A stretch of DNA of 64,000 bases from a virus. The stretch lies in IMG/VR virus record IMGVR_UViG_3300032116_000032, positions 72,113 to 136,112 of that record; one strand, 5' to 3'. A program made the translations under genes and the position numbers. Shown here piece by piece: positions 36,274 through 46,125 of this stretch (position 1 is its first letter; each line of letters begins with the position of its first letter). Below the pieces are notes generated by a model that was not told the DNA's origin, did no database searches, and saw only the letters and a list, made by a program, of their open reading frames with translations.

Positions 36274-36888
36274 TCTCCTATATAGGGATTGTTTACTAAT
36301 CCCTTTTTCAGATAAAATATCATACAAGTATTTTTTTTGTGCTTTGGAGGATTCAGAAACTATAATACAATCAATTCTTTGTTGAGAAATTAAAAATTCA
36401 TTAAGGTTATCTAAAAATCTTTTTGATTCGTTTTCATCCTTCAATGAAAACAATTTAACATCATCATCATTTTGTAAAACAACCTTATTATTCAATCTTG
36501 AAATTAACTTTATTGAATTTTTTGGTAAGTAGTTTTTGATAAAAACATCCATAGTTATTTTTGTCTTTTTATCAACGTCGTAAATCTTTTCAGGTATTTT
36601 ATATTTTACAACTTTAAGTATCTTATAGTCAGGATCATCCAAATCTACCAAAACCTGCCTACCCATCTCATCCCTAACAAACATCTTATCAAAGTTATTA
36701 TCCTTCTTTTCAAGAATAGACAATTCATAATCACAAGGTTTTGCATTTTCAACCTTAGTTTCAAAAATGACAGATTGATTTTCCTCAATTAATTTATCGA
36801 AGAAAAGATTAGCCCTTTCTTTAGTTTTAAATTTGTTGATTATTTTTTTTCTTTCTTTATTTTTAAAGACAACAACTAAGTAGTTCAT
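36250..36888 (-). CDS. hypothetical protein
   Basis: 212-aa ORF, divergent from dnaJ. Confidence 0.6.
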   Translation of the reverse strand: MNYLVVVFKNKERKKIINKFKTKERANLFFDKLIEENQSVIFETKVENAKPCDYELSILEKKDNNFDKMFVRDEMGRQVLVDLDDPDYKILKVVKYKIPEKIYDVDKKTKITMDVFIKNYLPKNSIKLISRLNNKVVLQNDDDVKLFSLKDENESKRFLDNLNEFLISQQRIDCIIVSESSKAQKKYLYDILSEKGISKQSLYRRSTTFKTR

Positions 36889-36917
36889 AAATTAATAATA
36901 ATATTTTCTTTTTATAA

Positions 36918-37835
36918 ATGAATAATGAAAATTTTTACCAAGTTTTGGGGGTCCAAGAAAATGCGACTCAAGATGAAATAAAGAAGGCATACCGTAATTT
37001 GGCGAAAGAGAATCACCCTGATACAGGTGGTGATGAAGATAAGTTTAAAAAGATTTCGGTTGCTTACGATGTTTTAAGTGATGAATCTAAAAGAAGAGAA
37101 TACGATACCAAAAGAAAAAATCCATTTGGTAATTATGATAACTATGAAGATATGTTCTCTAATATGTTTGGTGGTAGAAAACCAAGACAAACCGTACACA
37201 CTACAAACATTACAGTGAATGTTGGTGTTTTAGATTCATATAGGGCAAATAAACATTCTCTTTCATATAGAAGACAAACAATGTGCGAACCATGTTCAGG
37301 CACTGGCGGCGATAAAAAAACTTGTGGGACTTGTAACGGTTCAGGTGTTGTAGTTAGACAAGTTGGATCAGGATTTTTTGTTCAAGTAGTACAGATGGCT
37401 TGTGATGGATGTGGAGGAATTGGAAGTATAACCATTAACCCATGTTTTATGTGTAGTGGAAGTGGATCAAAACCTGAAATAAAAAACTTGGACATATCTC
37501 TACCTCATGGAATAGATAATGGTCAGTTTTTAAGATTACAAGGAATGGGAGATTTTAAAAATGGAAACTATGGAGATCTTGTTGTTAGAGTTGATTTGAA
37601 ACCACAGGATGGATTTGATAAGGTGGGTAATCATTTGGTATATAATGTTTTTATGACACTTGATGAACTTAAACAAGGAAGTTTTAATGTCCCACATCCC
37701 GATGGTATGATGAATGTTAAGATGCCCAAAAAAGTTGATACATCACTACCATTGAGAGTCAAAGCAAAAGGATTTAGATTAGATACTGTTGGTGATTTGA
37801 TGATCAACCAATATGTGAGATTTGATAGGGATTAA
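36918..37835 (+). CDS. dnaJ: DnaJ/Hsp40 co-chaperone
   Basis: J-domain with HPD (ENHPDTGG), four CxxCxGxG repeats and a C-terminal GDLVVRV...PHPDG domain. Confidence 0.9.
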   Translation: MNNENFYQVLGVQENATQDEIKKAYRNLAKENHPDTGGDEDKFKKISVAYDVLSDESKRREYDTKRKNPFGNYDNYEDMFSNMFGGRKPRQTVHTTNITVNVGVLDSYRANKHSLSYRRQTMCEPCSGTGGDKKTCGTCNGSGVVVRQVGSGFFVQVVQMACDGCGGIGSITINPCFMCSGSGSKPEIKNLDISLPHGIDNGQFLRLQGMGDFKNGNYGDLVVRVDLKPQDGFDKVGNHLVYNVFMTLDELKQGSFNVPHPDGMMNVKMPKKVDTSLPLRVKAKGFRLDTVGDLMINQYVRFDRD

Positions 37836-37993
37836 AATAAAGATATAACATCTTTGACAAACGATACGATACCGTATATACCAAAAAAGAAAAATATCCC
37901 ACCACCAATTAGAACAAATCTTTGAGTGTTCTGTACTTGTTTACTTTCTTCACAAGTTCTACATTTTACTTCTGTTGCTTTTTTCTCTTCCAT
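37832..37993 (-). CDS. 53-aa membrane protein with CxxC (not in ORF track)
   Basis: [53 protein letters not shown]. Confidence 0.55.
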   Translation of the reverse strand: MEEKKATEVKCRTCEESKQVQNTQRFVLIGGGIFFFFGIYGIVSFVKDVISLF

Positions 37994-38000
37994 AAATTAA

Positions 38001-38507
38001 TTATAACACAATGGTTTTAATATGAAAATAGTTTTCCAACATTACTTTCTTTTGTTGGGGTTTGTTTTTGTTGAAGAATCTAAGATAATTACCATCAAAT
38101 GAATAAGTACTTGTTGGAATGACATAAACCCTGTCAGTAGACTTTTCAATTATAAATTCTAAATAATCAAAAACTTCTTCATCTTCATTGTCCTCATCTC
38201 TATAAACAAACTTTAACCTATCACCCAATGAATGATCAGCAAATGATCTAATAATTTTTGGATATTTTAATTCTATAACTTGTGATAAAATGTCGTTAGG
38301 GACCGCAACTCTTTCGTGTGTTGAAGTATCAGAGTCAATAGAATCTAAAATTGATTGTCTTATGAAATCAAAATCTTTATTACCCTTTCTATCTATTGAT
38401 TGATGACTTGAAGCATAGAATGAATTACCTCTTGGACTGATATATAATAAATCTTCCCTGTCGGCTTGCTCGGCAATAATTGATCTTAGAGTTTGAAGCA
38501 TTTTCAT
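38001..38507 (-). CDS. hypothetical protein with IAE leader (start revised from 38714)
   Basis: MKMLQTLRSIIAEQ start has ATATTTAT 6 nt upstream and avoids overlap with the methyltransferase. Confidence 0.6.
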   Translation of the reverse strand: MKMLQTLRSIIAEQADREDLLYISPRGNSFYASSHQSIDRKGNKDFDFIRQSILDSIDSDTSTHERVAVPNDILSQVIELKYPKIIRSFADHSLGDRLKFVYRDEDNEDEEVFDYLEFIIEKSTDRVYVIPTSTYSFDGNYLRFFNKNKPQQKKVMLENYFHIKTIVL

Positions 38508-38513
38508 ACTAGA

Positions 38514-38521
38514 ATAAATAT
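38514..38521 (-). promoter_or_regulatory. ATATTTAT upstream motif (putative late promoter)
   Basis: Exact motif on the minus strand. Confidence 0.5.
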
Positions 38522-38575
38522 TTGAAAAATAAAAATACAATTGATTAGTCATCTTGTTTTTACTATCTTTATTAC

Positions 38576-39415
38576 ATGTTAAGTTATATCGGAGGTAAGA
38601 GTAAAATTGGTAAATGGATTGTTCCATTCTACGACAAAAACATGGAGGTCTATTTAGAGACTTTCGGAGGAATGTTTTGGTGTTTCTATAATATGGATCT
38701 AAAACAATTCCCAAATCTAAATAAAGTTGTTTATAACGACTTTAACCCACTAAATTATAATCTATTCAAATGCGTCCAAAACCCAAACGAGTTGTTAAGG
38801 GCGATAAATTCAATTGATTGTCAAAAACAAGGCGTGGATCTTACACCTGAAATATACAAACAACAATTTATCAGCTTTCAGGCTGAAGTTTTTAATGAAG
38901 GTTTCAGCGTAGAACCTGGCGATTATGAAGTTGCCGCTAAGTATGTCTATATTCTAACACAAGTTTTTAGTGGATCAAAACCTGAGACATCTAACTTCAT
39001 TGACCTTAAAGGGAAATACAAATCAAAATATCTTACATTTAGAGATAAGTTATCTAAACCTGATTGGTTGGATCACTTTTTAAAAATTACTGATGTTGAA
39101 AACATGGATTTCGCAGATGTAATCAATAAGTATGACTCACCATCAACTTACATTTATTTGGACCCACCGTATTGGAAAACGGAAAATTACTACTCCAACC
39201 ACGACTTTGATCGTCAAGATCATGAACGTTTGGCTAATGTTTTACACGGGGTTCAAGGTAAGTTTTCTTTATCTTACTATGACTTTGAATTACTTCACGA
39301 ATGGTTTCCCGAAGACCAATACACTTGGGTTAAAAAAGAGTTTGCTAAAGCTGCGGCTGCTAAGAAAGGTGAGAAACAAAATATGGGGGAAGAATTATTG
39401 ATAATGAATTATTAA
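38576..39415 (+). CDS. DNA adenine methyltransferase (Dam/D12-class), orphan
   Basis: SYIGGKSK, YLETFGG, VYNDFN and IYLDPPY motifs. Confidence 0.9.
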   Translation: MLSYIGGKSKIGKWIVPFYDKNMEVYLETFGGMFWCFYNMDLKQFPNLNKVVYNDFNPLNYNLFKCVQNPNELLRAINSIDCQKQGVDLTPEIYKQQFISFQAEVFNEGFSVEPGDYEVAAKYVYILTQVFSGSKPETSNFIDLKGKYKSKYLTFRDKLSKPDWLDHFLKITDVENMDFADVINKYDSPSTYIYLDPPYWKTENYYSNHDFDRQDHERLANVLHGVQGKFSLSYYDFELLHEWFPEDQYTWVKKEFAKAAAAKKGEKQNMGEELLIMNY

Positions 39416-39432
39416 TTTTTTACTGTTTACAA

Positions 39433-39440
39433 ATATTTAT
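39433..39440 (+). promoter_or_regulatory. ATATTTAT upstream motif (putative late promoter)
   Basis: Exact motif 15 nt before the 39456 start. Confidence 0.5.
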
Positions 39441-39455
39441 TAAATAAAAAATATT

Positions 39456-40838
39456 ATGTCACTTAGGTTCACCAATCTATTAAGAGATCTTATTGTTGAA
39501 AGTTCAAGATTTCAAGTATTATTCGATAAGTTCGTAAAACCAAAAGAAAGAGGTCAAAGAGGTATTATGCCTTTTGAAACTTTATTTGCACTTATCGCCG
39601 CTGACCCAACTACAAAGGTCCCTGACGGTATGGATATCGATAATGTTAAACCTGAACAGATGGAGAAGGTTAAAATTGGGAAATACGCTCAATGGTTACT
39701 AAAAAACTTTGTCACTCCTAAATTACCTGCTGATCACCCTTTAATGGTTTCAGATCCACAATCAGGTCAATATAAAGCGGCTTTAAAGGCATTCCAAGAT
39801 CTTTTTATGGAAGACTTATATAAGGTTACAACAAACCTCCAAAAGTTTGAAAGATTTAAAAATAGATTACCTCAAGAGTATAGAGATATTAACAAACTAA
39901 CTCCTGAGACTTTATTTGATCAAGTTAAAGATTTCAGTTTAGAAAAAACCAAAGCGACTGCCGCTGAGAAAAAAGAAGCATCAACAACATATGCTCACCC
40001 TGGTGCTGACATCGTTTATAGAGGTCAAGATTGGACAGTTGCTAAAATATCAGACAAAGGTCCATTAGGTAAAGAAGCCGCATGTTTCTATGGTGGATCT
40101 CATAATGAAGGTAGAAGAGGAGAAACTACTTGGTGTACATCTTCACCTGGACTTTCTTGGTTTGATCGTTATATTGGTAAAGGACCATTGTATGTTGTAA
40201 TTCCAAACAAACCAACATCATTTAAATCTTACGGTAAAGAAGTTGGAGATGTTTCAGGTTTACCGGCAAACAGATACCAATTCCACTTCCCTGATAATCA
40301 GTATATGGATGCGGATGACAGACCAATCAATTTGATTGAATTCTTAAACACAAATGAAGAAGGACTAAAACAATTCTTCAAACCTGAGTTCATGAAGTCA
40401 TTAGCCGGAGATAAAGGTGAAAAAGTTGTGATTGATTATCCAGGTGATTCGGCATCAAAATTCATTGCACTTTATGGTTTTGACGAATTCTTTGCCACTC
40501 TTCCTCAGTCATTGAAAAGACTTACATTCAAAAACACATCAAGAGACAAAATTTCATTGAATATTCCAAACGACATTGGAAGGTTCAAACAGTTGAACGC
40601 AATCAACTTTGTTGGATGTGTTGCAACTATACCTGAAGCAATTTGTCAATTACAAAATTTACAATATTTATCTTTAGTTAATAACCCAGACCTTCAAAAA
40701 TTACCTGAATGTGTTGGGGATATGCAAAACCTTATGGTACTAAACCTTGGAGGATCCGATCCTAAGAAAGTTCTACCTGAATCTGTATTCAGAAGAGCTG
40801 AAACAGACGAAGACTTCAACTTATTTACACACTCTTAA
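39456..40838 (+). CDS. protein with LIVE leader, central WCT-motif domain and C-terminal leucine-rich repeats
   Basis: IPNDIGRFKQLNAINF, IPEAICQLQNLQYLSL and LPECVGDMQNLMVLNL fit LPxxIxxLxxLxxLxL LRRs. Confidence 0.7.
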   Translation: MSLRFTNLLRDLIVESSRFQVLFDKFVKPKERGQRGIMPFETLFALIAADPTTKVPDGMDIDNVKPEQMEKVKIGKYAQWLLKNFVTPKLPADHPLMVSDPQSGQYKAALKAFQDLFMEDLYKVTTNLQKFERFKNRLPQEYRDINKLTPETLFDQVKDFSLEKTKATAAEKKEASTTYAHPGADIVYRGQDWTVAKISDKGPLGKEAACFYGGSHNEGRRGETTWCTSSPGLSWFDRYIGKGPLYVVIPNKPTSFKSYGKEVGDVSGLPANRYQFHFPDNQYMDADDRPINLIEFLNTNEEGLKQFFKPEFMKSLAGDKGEKVVIDYPGDSASKFIALYGFDEFFATLPQSLKRLTFKNTSRDKISLNIPNDIGRFKQLNAINFVGCVATIPEAICQLQNLQYLSLVNNPDLQKLPECVGDMQNLMVLNLGGSDPKKVLPESVFRRAETDEDFNLFTHS

Positions 40839-40840
40839 AA

Positions 40841-41530
40841 ATGAATAGAAGATTAATAATTAATGAAGAAGAAAAAAGAAGAATTTTAAATCTTCATGAA
40901 AGTAGAAGATCTAAAGAATTAGGTTTTTTATTTGAAGACGATAATGCAAACAATGAAGTACTGCTTCAAGGTACGGATAAGGATTATGATTATAAAAAAG
41001 TGGGAGATAAATATTATTTCAAGTTAAAGGATAACCCTACAAGTGTCGCGGCTAAAGGATACAAAACACAAGGAAAATTTGTAGATTGGACAGAAGCGAC
41101 TAATCAAAAAGCTATAGATAAAATTTCACAACTACCTACATTATCAACAGTAGCACAATTTCAGGGACCTGGTGAAGTTGACGGAAGTGATGAGACATTT
41201 GACGCACCACAAACCGCATCTACAACGGCGCAAACACCTACAGTGGCGTCAACAACATCTACAACCGCAGCAACACCCACAAACGCAACTACAACTACAA
41301 ACGCAACAACACCAGCACCTACGTCAAAAAACCCTGATGTTTTAGCAGACTTAAAAACTGCATCACAAATCAGACAAGAATTTAGACAAGGTAATAGAGA
41401 TAAAAACAAAGCGATGAGACAATACAATCAAATGGTTAATAAATATAACAAATTAAAAAGTAAAATGAGTCCACAAGATAATTCGGCTTATCTACAAGCA
41501 ATTGGCCAATTGAAACAACAAATAGGATAA
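40841..41530 (+). CDS. leader-bearing protein with Thr/Ala-rich linker
   Basis: MNRRLIINEEEKRRILNLH leader; TASTTAQTPTVASTTSTT linker. Confidence 0.6.
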   Translation: MNRRLIINEEEKRRILNLHESRRSKELGFLFEDDNANNEVLLQGTDKDYDYKKVGDKYYFKLKDNPTSVAAKGYKTQGKFVDWTEATNQKAIDKISQLPTLSTVAQFQGPGEVDGSDETFDAPQTASTTAQTPTVASTTSTTAATPTNATTTTNATTPAPTSKNPDVLADLKTASQIRQEFRQGNRDKNKAMRQYNQMVNKYNKLKSKMSPQDNSAYLQAIGQLKQQIG

Positions 41531-41550
41531 TAAATAAATTACATTCTTTT

Positions 41551-41584
41551 AAAACCCCCCCTTCTTTTGATCGGGGGTTTTTTA
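41551..41584 (+). terminator. intrinsic terminator
   Basis: AAAACCCCC...GGGGGTTTT followed by T-tract. Confidence 0.7.
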
Positions 41585-41606
41585 TTTAACAAAGTATTTA
41601 TCTTAT

Positions 41607-41981
41607 ATGAAAATCATCATAACAGAAGAACAGTATAATCTAATCAACGAAACCTATAGAAGAGATCGTTTTGATGCTGAGTACGCTGATGAATATCCAA
41701 AGTATAAGAAGTTGTTTTTAAAGACAATATCTAAAGATGTCAAAGGTTGGGGTGAATGGCCAGGATCAATTTATCTGATGACTGAAAACGGAGACCCTTT
41801 ATTTGTATATAGAATACCATCAAAAACCGTATATTATGATTATTCAATAGATAAAGAGATGGAAGAATATATTCCTTATCACATTGTTTCGAGACACTTG
41901 AAAAACGCAGTTTACGATTACTTCAAAGGACTTTTTCCTGATGTTGAAATAAAAGAGGTAAGTGGGGCTAATATTGTATAG
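41607..41981 (+). CDS. MKIIITE-leader protein 1
   Basis: MKIIITEEQYNLINE; GTATTTAT upstream. Confidence 0.65.
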   Translation: MKIIITEEQYNLINETYRRDRFDAEYADEYPKYKKLFLKTISKDVKGWGEWPGSIYLMTENGDPLFVYRIPSKTVYYDYSIDKEMEEYIPYHIVSRHLKNAVYDYFKGLFPDVEIKEVSGANIV

Positions 41982-41983
41982 TT

Positions 41984-42541
41984 ATGAAAATAATAATATC
42001 TAATAATCAATATAGTCTTTTGAAGGAAGTGCATGTTGCTATTAAAAACATTGAGGGTCTTAAAAAGTATTGGAGAAACCAACAAAAAAAAGGTCAACAA
42101 ATTAGATTTAATAAAGAAGATTTAGATTTTTGGGGTATTACAACTAGACAGGAAAAATATTATGCTCAAACAGCATTTCAAGAATTAGTTGGAGATGAGG
42201 TTTTTACTGAAAAAGTTATTAAAAAGTTAATCGGAAAAACATTTTCAACGAAAGACTTTGATGATAGAATCACTGGTGGATATGATTTCGAGTGGGTGAT
42301 TGATAATATGGAATATAGAGATTATGATTTTTATTTATATGGAAAAACATTACCGGGAGGAACTGTTACTCTTATGGATGGTAGACACATATCTTTAAGT
42401 GAAGGAATAAATCATGAAGATTTAGGTTGGGAAATACAAGAAGAAATTAAAGATGTTGTCCAAGACTGTATGGATGAAATAATTTTACCTGTCACAGGAT
42501 ATGAAGTGATAGTACCATATTTAATTATATCTGAAGAATGA
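41984..42541 (+). CDS. MKIIITE-leader protein 2
   Basis: MKIIISNNQYSLLKE. Confidence 0.65.
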   Translation: MKIIISNNQYSLLKEVHVAIKNIEGLKKYWRNQQKKGQQIRFNKEDLDFWGITTRQEKYYAQTAFQELVGDEVFTEKVIKKLIGKTFSTKDFDDRITGGYDFEWVIDNMEYRDYDFYLYGKTLPGGTVTLMDGRHISLSEGINHEDLGWEIQEEIKDVVQDCMDEIILPVTGYEVIVPYLIISEE

Positions 42542-42864
42542 AAATAATAATTACAGAATCACAGAAAGAAAAACTAATGAATGATTTTATGAAATCACTC
42601 GTAGATGATACCTTAGATGAAAACAAACCTTCTTATGTTGATTATTATATTGTTATTTGGGATAAAACTGCTGTTTGGAACATTGATAACGAGCCGTTTA
42701 TTGAATATGATAAATCTGATGGTAGATTGTGGATATCAAAAAAATATTTAAACAACTTAGAATCTTGGTTCCCAATCAAAAAAGAAAAAGTGTTAGATAT
42801 GATTAAAAACTCTTTTGAAAATAAATTTAATGTTGATGTAAAATATATCAAAGCGGAGTCATGA
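42538..42864 (+). CDS. MKIIITE-leader protein 3
   Basis: MKIIITESQKEKL. Confidence 0.65.
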   Translation: MKIIITESQKEKLMNDFMKSLVDDTLDENKPSYVDYYIVIWDKTAVWNIDNEPFIEYDKSDGRLWISKKYLNNLESWFPIKKEKVLDMIKNSFENKFNVDVKYIKAES

Positions 42865-43448
42865 AAATAATAATTACAGAAAAACAATATAATAAGTTAA
42901 CTGAAGATAAACTTCAGAAACTTTGTTATACAGTATGGAACCAACAAAAAAAGAGAGGTGAAGAACCTTATATTGATGATATAATATACGACATTACAGA
43001 TATTAGAAAAAACACAAATGAAGACTTTCAAATCATTAGACCCATTTGGTATAGATACAACGGTGGATTTAATAACTTATTTGAAAAACTTAAAAATGAA
43101 ATTGACGAAAAAATATTTGACCTTACAAGTGATTGGGGTAATCTTGATACAAGAGTAGAAGTTATTGAAGTAAGTCAGTTTGGTAGATTAGGTGAAGATT
43201 TTGGAGTAGATATATTTGTAAATGTAGATCCAAATGGAACCATGGATTTCCAAATGTATGAAGAAGGAACCGATAACGAAATTCAAGTTAACGATACGAT
43301 TGAGGCGGCTTATTTTGAAGCTCAATCCAATTATGAAGGAAGTGATCTTCTTGGTTATTTAAGAGGGGAAGTTTATGACCTTTTTTATAAAAAGTTAGAA
43401 AAATACGGAATTCCAATTGACGTGGATGTTGATCTAAAAGAATTTTAA
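42861..43448 (+). CDS. MKIIITE-leader protein 4
   Basis: MKIIITEKQYNKLTE. Confidence 0.65.
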   Translation: MKIIITEKQYNKLTEDKLQKLCYTVWNQQKKRGEEPYIDDIIYDITDIRKNTNEDFQIIRPIWYRYNGGFNNLFEKLKNEIDEKIFDLTSDWGNLDTRVEVIEVSQFGRLGEDFGVDIFVNVDPNGTMDFQMYEEGTDNEIQVNDTIEAAYFEAQSNYEGSDLLGYLRGEVYDLFYKKLEKYGIPIDVDVDLKEF

Positions 43449-43452
43449 ATAT

Positions 43453-43460
43453 ATATTTAT
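43453..43460 (+). promoter_or_regulatory. ATATTTAT upstream motif (putative late promoter)
   Basis: Exact motif 7 nt before the 43468 start. Confidence 0.5.
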
Positions 43461-43467
43461 TATCACT

Positions 43468-43704
43468 ATGGGACCAATCGAAAAAAAAATCTTAGAATTA
43501 TCTAAAACAGAAGGACTTTCTGAAGAAACAAAACTTGCTTTGACTATAATTAAAAATCAAGTTAAAGAAGATGAAAAACGAATTGTTAATGAAGCATATC
43601 AAAAAGGTTACCACGATAAAGAAATGAGCCGTAGACCCACTTGGAACTACTTTGAAAGTAAGTACAAATCATTCTTTACAAATTTCAGAGTTGGTGAATT
43701 GTAA
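43468..43704 (+). CDS. hypothetical protein
   Basis: 78-aa ORF. Confidence 0.55.
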   Translation: MGPIEKKILELSKTEGLSEETKLALTIIKNQVKEDEKRIVNEAYQKGYHDKEMSRRPTWNYFESKYKSFFTNFRVGEL

Positions 43705-43713
43705 AATTTTTCG

Positions 43714-43721
43714 TATCTTTG
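43714..43721 (+). promoter_or_regulatory. Bacteroidota-type -7 promoter element TAnnTTTG
   Basis: TATCTTTG with TTG at 43691-43693, 20 nt upstream. Confidence 0.6.
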
Positions 43722-43725
43722 TGGT

Positions 43726-44010
43726 ATGGAAGACTTAAACAAACTCGAATTACCCGAAATCAAAACTCTTTGTAAACAATACGGAATCGGGACCGTAGGT
43801 GATAAAAAAACCCTAATTAAAAAACTCAAATATTTCTTGGACCCTATTGAGGATGTGTTAAATACACACCCTGGTAGAAAACTACCAAAAGATAAAAAAA
43901 TTGTTGGTGCTAAAGTAACCAAACAAGAAGAAATTAATAATGTGTTAAAAAAGAAGGGTCAATTTTTATATTATTCTTTGGGTTATCATTATTATATGGT
44001 GACAGAATAA
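43726..44010 (+). CDS. SAP-like DNA-binding domain protein
   Basis: LNKLELPEIKTLCKQYGIGTVGDKKTLIKKL matches the SAP pattern L..L...ELK..L...GL...G.K..LI.RL. Confidence 0.6.
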   Translation: MEDLNKLELPEIKTLCKQYGIGTVGDKKTLIKKLKYFLDPIEDVLNTHPGRKLPKDKKIVGAKVTKQEEINNVLKKKGQFLYYSLGYHYYMVTE

Positions 44011-44019
44011 AAAAACTAG

Positions 44020-44027
44020 ATATTTAT
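44020..44027 (+). promoter_or_regulatory. ATATTTAT upstream motif (putative late promoter)
   Basis: Exact motif 14 nt before the 44042 start. Confidence 0.5.
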
Positions 44028-44041
44028 TAAATAAAATTGGT

Positions 44042-44500
44042 ATGAAAAAACAAATACTTGAAGAGCTTAATGATATTAAGTATCTTTTTAATTACAATAG
44101 AGGTAAAATTATTTCAGAACAGGAACAATTTGACGATGAAGAAGAATTCGTAGATTATGATGATATAGATTATGGTGATATGGATGATGATATGGATGAT
44201 GATGAAGAAGAATATTATCCTGAACTGAGAATACCTCATGACATGCCATCATACAAAACTAAATATAGACATAGTGATGATGATATGGAATTGGACGAAG
44301 AAATGGATCTTCCTGTAATGTTACCAGGTACAAAAGAAAAAGAAAGAACTAAGGTAACACCTGGAACTAAACCGAGAACAAAACCTAATACTCCATATAG
44401 CCCAAAACCAGGACCAAAACCGGATCCTAAGGCTAGAAATAGAAAAGATGAGATGCCTGATTGGTTAACCTTTGATGAACTTGGAATTGATTTTGAATAA
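44042..44500 (+). CDS. leader-bearing acidic/Pro-rich protein carrying the duplicated segment
   Basis: MKKQILEE...IISEQ leader; acidic block shared with 32910-34469; TPGTKPRTKPNTPYSPKPGPKP. Confidence 0.6.
   Translation: MKKQILEELNDIKYLFNYNRGKIISEQEQFDDEEEFVDYDDIDYGDMDDDMDDDEEEYYPELRIPHDMPSYKTKYRHSDDDMELDEEMDLPVMLPGTKEKERTKVTPGTKPRTKPNTPYSPKPGPKPDPKARNRKDEMPDWLTFDELGIDFE
44131..44283 (+). repeat. 141-bp direct repeat, copy 2 (+12-bp insertion)
   Basis: Matches 33257-33397 with an extra TATGGATGATGA unit. Confidence 0.92.
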
Positions 44501-44501
44501 T

Positions 44502-45737
44502 ATGAAAAATTTAAGAAAAAAATTATACACTGAAGGTTTACCAAAATCTGAATTTGTTAGACTATTGGAAGCCCCAATTGACTATGAAGGTCCTGAAAGA
44601 ATGGCTGGAGATGTTGAGGGAAAAATCACCGGTAAAAAAACCCCCTACCATAATTTTCCTGCTATCCCTAATATGGATAAAGACTTTGTTGAATTAATAT
44701 CTTCCAAGAGATTCAAAGACTCAGTTGACAAAGTTAGAATGGCTATGGGTGATACAAGAATTATACAAGGTCAAAATGCTTTAATGCAGTTAATGGGAAC
44801 TGTTGGTCAAGCGATGCAAAGACTTGTTATGATTCAGTCACAAAACAAAAAACAACTTGAAGATTTGGCTATTGAACTTGTAAAAAAAGAAATGGGTATT
44901 CCTGAAGGGGCAATGCAGTTCAAGGCTGAACTAATGACACAACCTATGGGTGCCGCAGAAGGGATGAAAGATGAAGCCGAAATGCCAAGTGAAGAAGAAA
45001 TTGAAGAGTTTATGGGTGACGTTGAAAACTTCAACTTAGAAAGAGCTAAAAGAAGATTTATTAACTCATTAATTCAAGGAGCGGCTTTCAAAGGAGGTCA
45101 CATGTATAATCTTGTAAGAAATGAAATCAATGATATCAACCCACAATTAATGAACCTTTATGCTGTTACCCAATCTTTGATGGAACATGCTTATTGGATC
45201 TTTCCTGATATGGAAGGAATGGCAGGTGGTGGCGGTGGTCAAATGGGTCAGTCAGAATATGATGATGAGACAGATCCACCAACAGTAAAAGCTAGAGCTG
45301 TTACATTCCCACTTCTTGTACACGAGTTAGTTAAAGGTGTTTATGAGGTATTTGGAACTCATGGTTTACCTGATGACCCAAAACAAAGAGAAATGGTATT
45401 AAATGCTGAAGATTCACTTCCTGCTGAGATTTGGGACTCTCGTTTAGGACCAATTTTTTGGGAGAAGTTCGTTTCAACTTACCCTATGGAATTGTTCGAT
45501 GATGATATGAAACATATCCAACATTATTTATTCATGCGTTTTTCAGCTTTAAACGCAGAAGAATTTATGAGTTTAGCTAAAAAGATCCTAAGTGGGGATC
45601 CAAAAGGACAACAAATAATTCAAAGAATGGTTGATGATATCGTTAAAGATTTAAAAGACAGAGAATATAAAGATGCCATGGGTGATGATGATGACGAAGA
45701 CTACGGCGATGTTGATCTAAGTGATTTGGGACTTTAA
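44502..45737 (+). CDS. hypothetical protein (start revised from 44472)
   Basis: Met/Gln-rich helical ORF starting 1 nt after the previous stop; HELVK segment. Confidence 0.6.
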   Translation: MKNLRKKLYTEGLPKSEFVRLLEAPIDYEGPERMAGDVEGKITGKKTPYHNFPAIPNMDKDFVELISSKRFKDSVDKVRMAMGDTRIIQGQNALMQLMGTVGQAMQRLVMIQSQNKKQLEDLAIELVKKEMGIPEGAMQFKAELMTQPMGAAEGMKDEAEMPSEEEIEEFMGDVENFNLERAKRRFINSLIQGAAFKGGHMYNLVRNEINDINPQLMNLYAVTQSLMEHAYWIFPDMEGMAGGGGGQMGQSEYDDETDPPTVKARAVTFPLLVHELVKGVYEVFGTHGLPDDPKQREMVLNAEDSLPAEIWDSRLGPIFWEKFVSTYPMELFDDDMKHIQHYLFMRFSALNAEEFMSLAKKILSGDPKGQQIIQRMVDDIVKDLKDREYKDAMGDDDDEDYGDVDLSDLGL

Positions 45738-45756
45738 TAAGTCCCATTTCTTTTTT
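45727..45756 (+). terminator. intrinsic terminator
   Basis: TGGGACT-TTAATA-AGTCCCA followed by TTTCTTTTTT. Confidence 0.6.
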
Positions 45757-45787
45757 ATAAGGAATTTTTTTCCTATAATTATTAAAA

Positions 45788-46093
45788 ATGTTAGGTATGA
45801 AAAATATTGATTGTGAGATATACATTAAACAACTAATTTCCTTTTTTGAAAATAATCCTGGTGACTTAATGCAACTTATAGGAAACGTTCAAAAAGAAGA
45901 CTTTTATTTGAAATTAAGAGAAAAATCAGAAAACAATGTTGATGAAGGATTAGATCATGTTTTATCTAGACAACAAATGATTGACATTGTCTTGGAATTA
46001 AAGATTCCTGAACTATTTGAAAAACCAAACCCTAAGGCTGTTGTTGAAGGGTATGTCCAAAAAACAAAGTGGGGAAAAATTATTTTAAATTAA
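45788..46093 (+). CDS. hypothetical protein
   Basis: 101-aa ORF. Confidence 0.55.
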   Translation: MLGMKNIDCEIYIKQLISFFENNPGDLMQLIGNVQKEDFYLKLREKSENNVDEGLDHVLSRQQMIDIVLELKIPELFEKPNPKAVVEGYVQKTKWGKIILN

Positions 46094-46095
46094 AG

Positions 46096-46125
46096 TTGGT
46101 ATTTATTAAAAAATTATTATCTTTG
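46096..46125 (+). promoter_or_regulatory. Bacteroidota-type promoter (-33 TTG / -7 TATCTTTG)
   Basis: TTG at 46096-46098, 19-nt spacer, TATCTTTG at 46118-46125. Confidence 0.65.

Noticed and set aside
38508-38714. Long N-terminal extension of the 38001 minus-strand ORF
   Set aside because: It overlaps the divergent methyltransferase; the ATG at 38507 has the promoter motif and leader.
33257-44283. Duplicated segment as a DGR template/variable repeat pair
   Set aside because: No adenine-specific mismatches, no reverse transcriptase in the window, and both copies are mid-gene.
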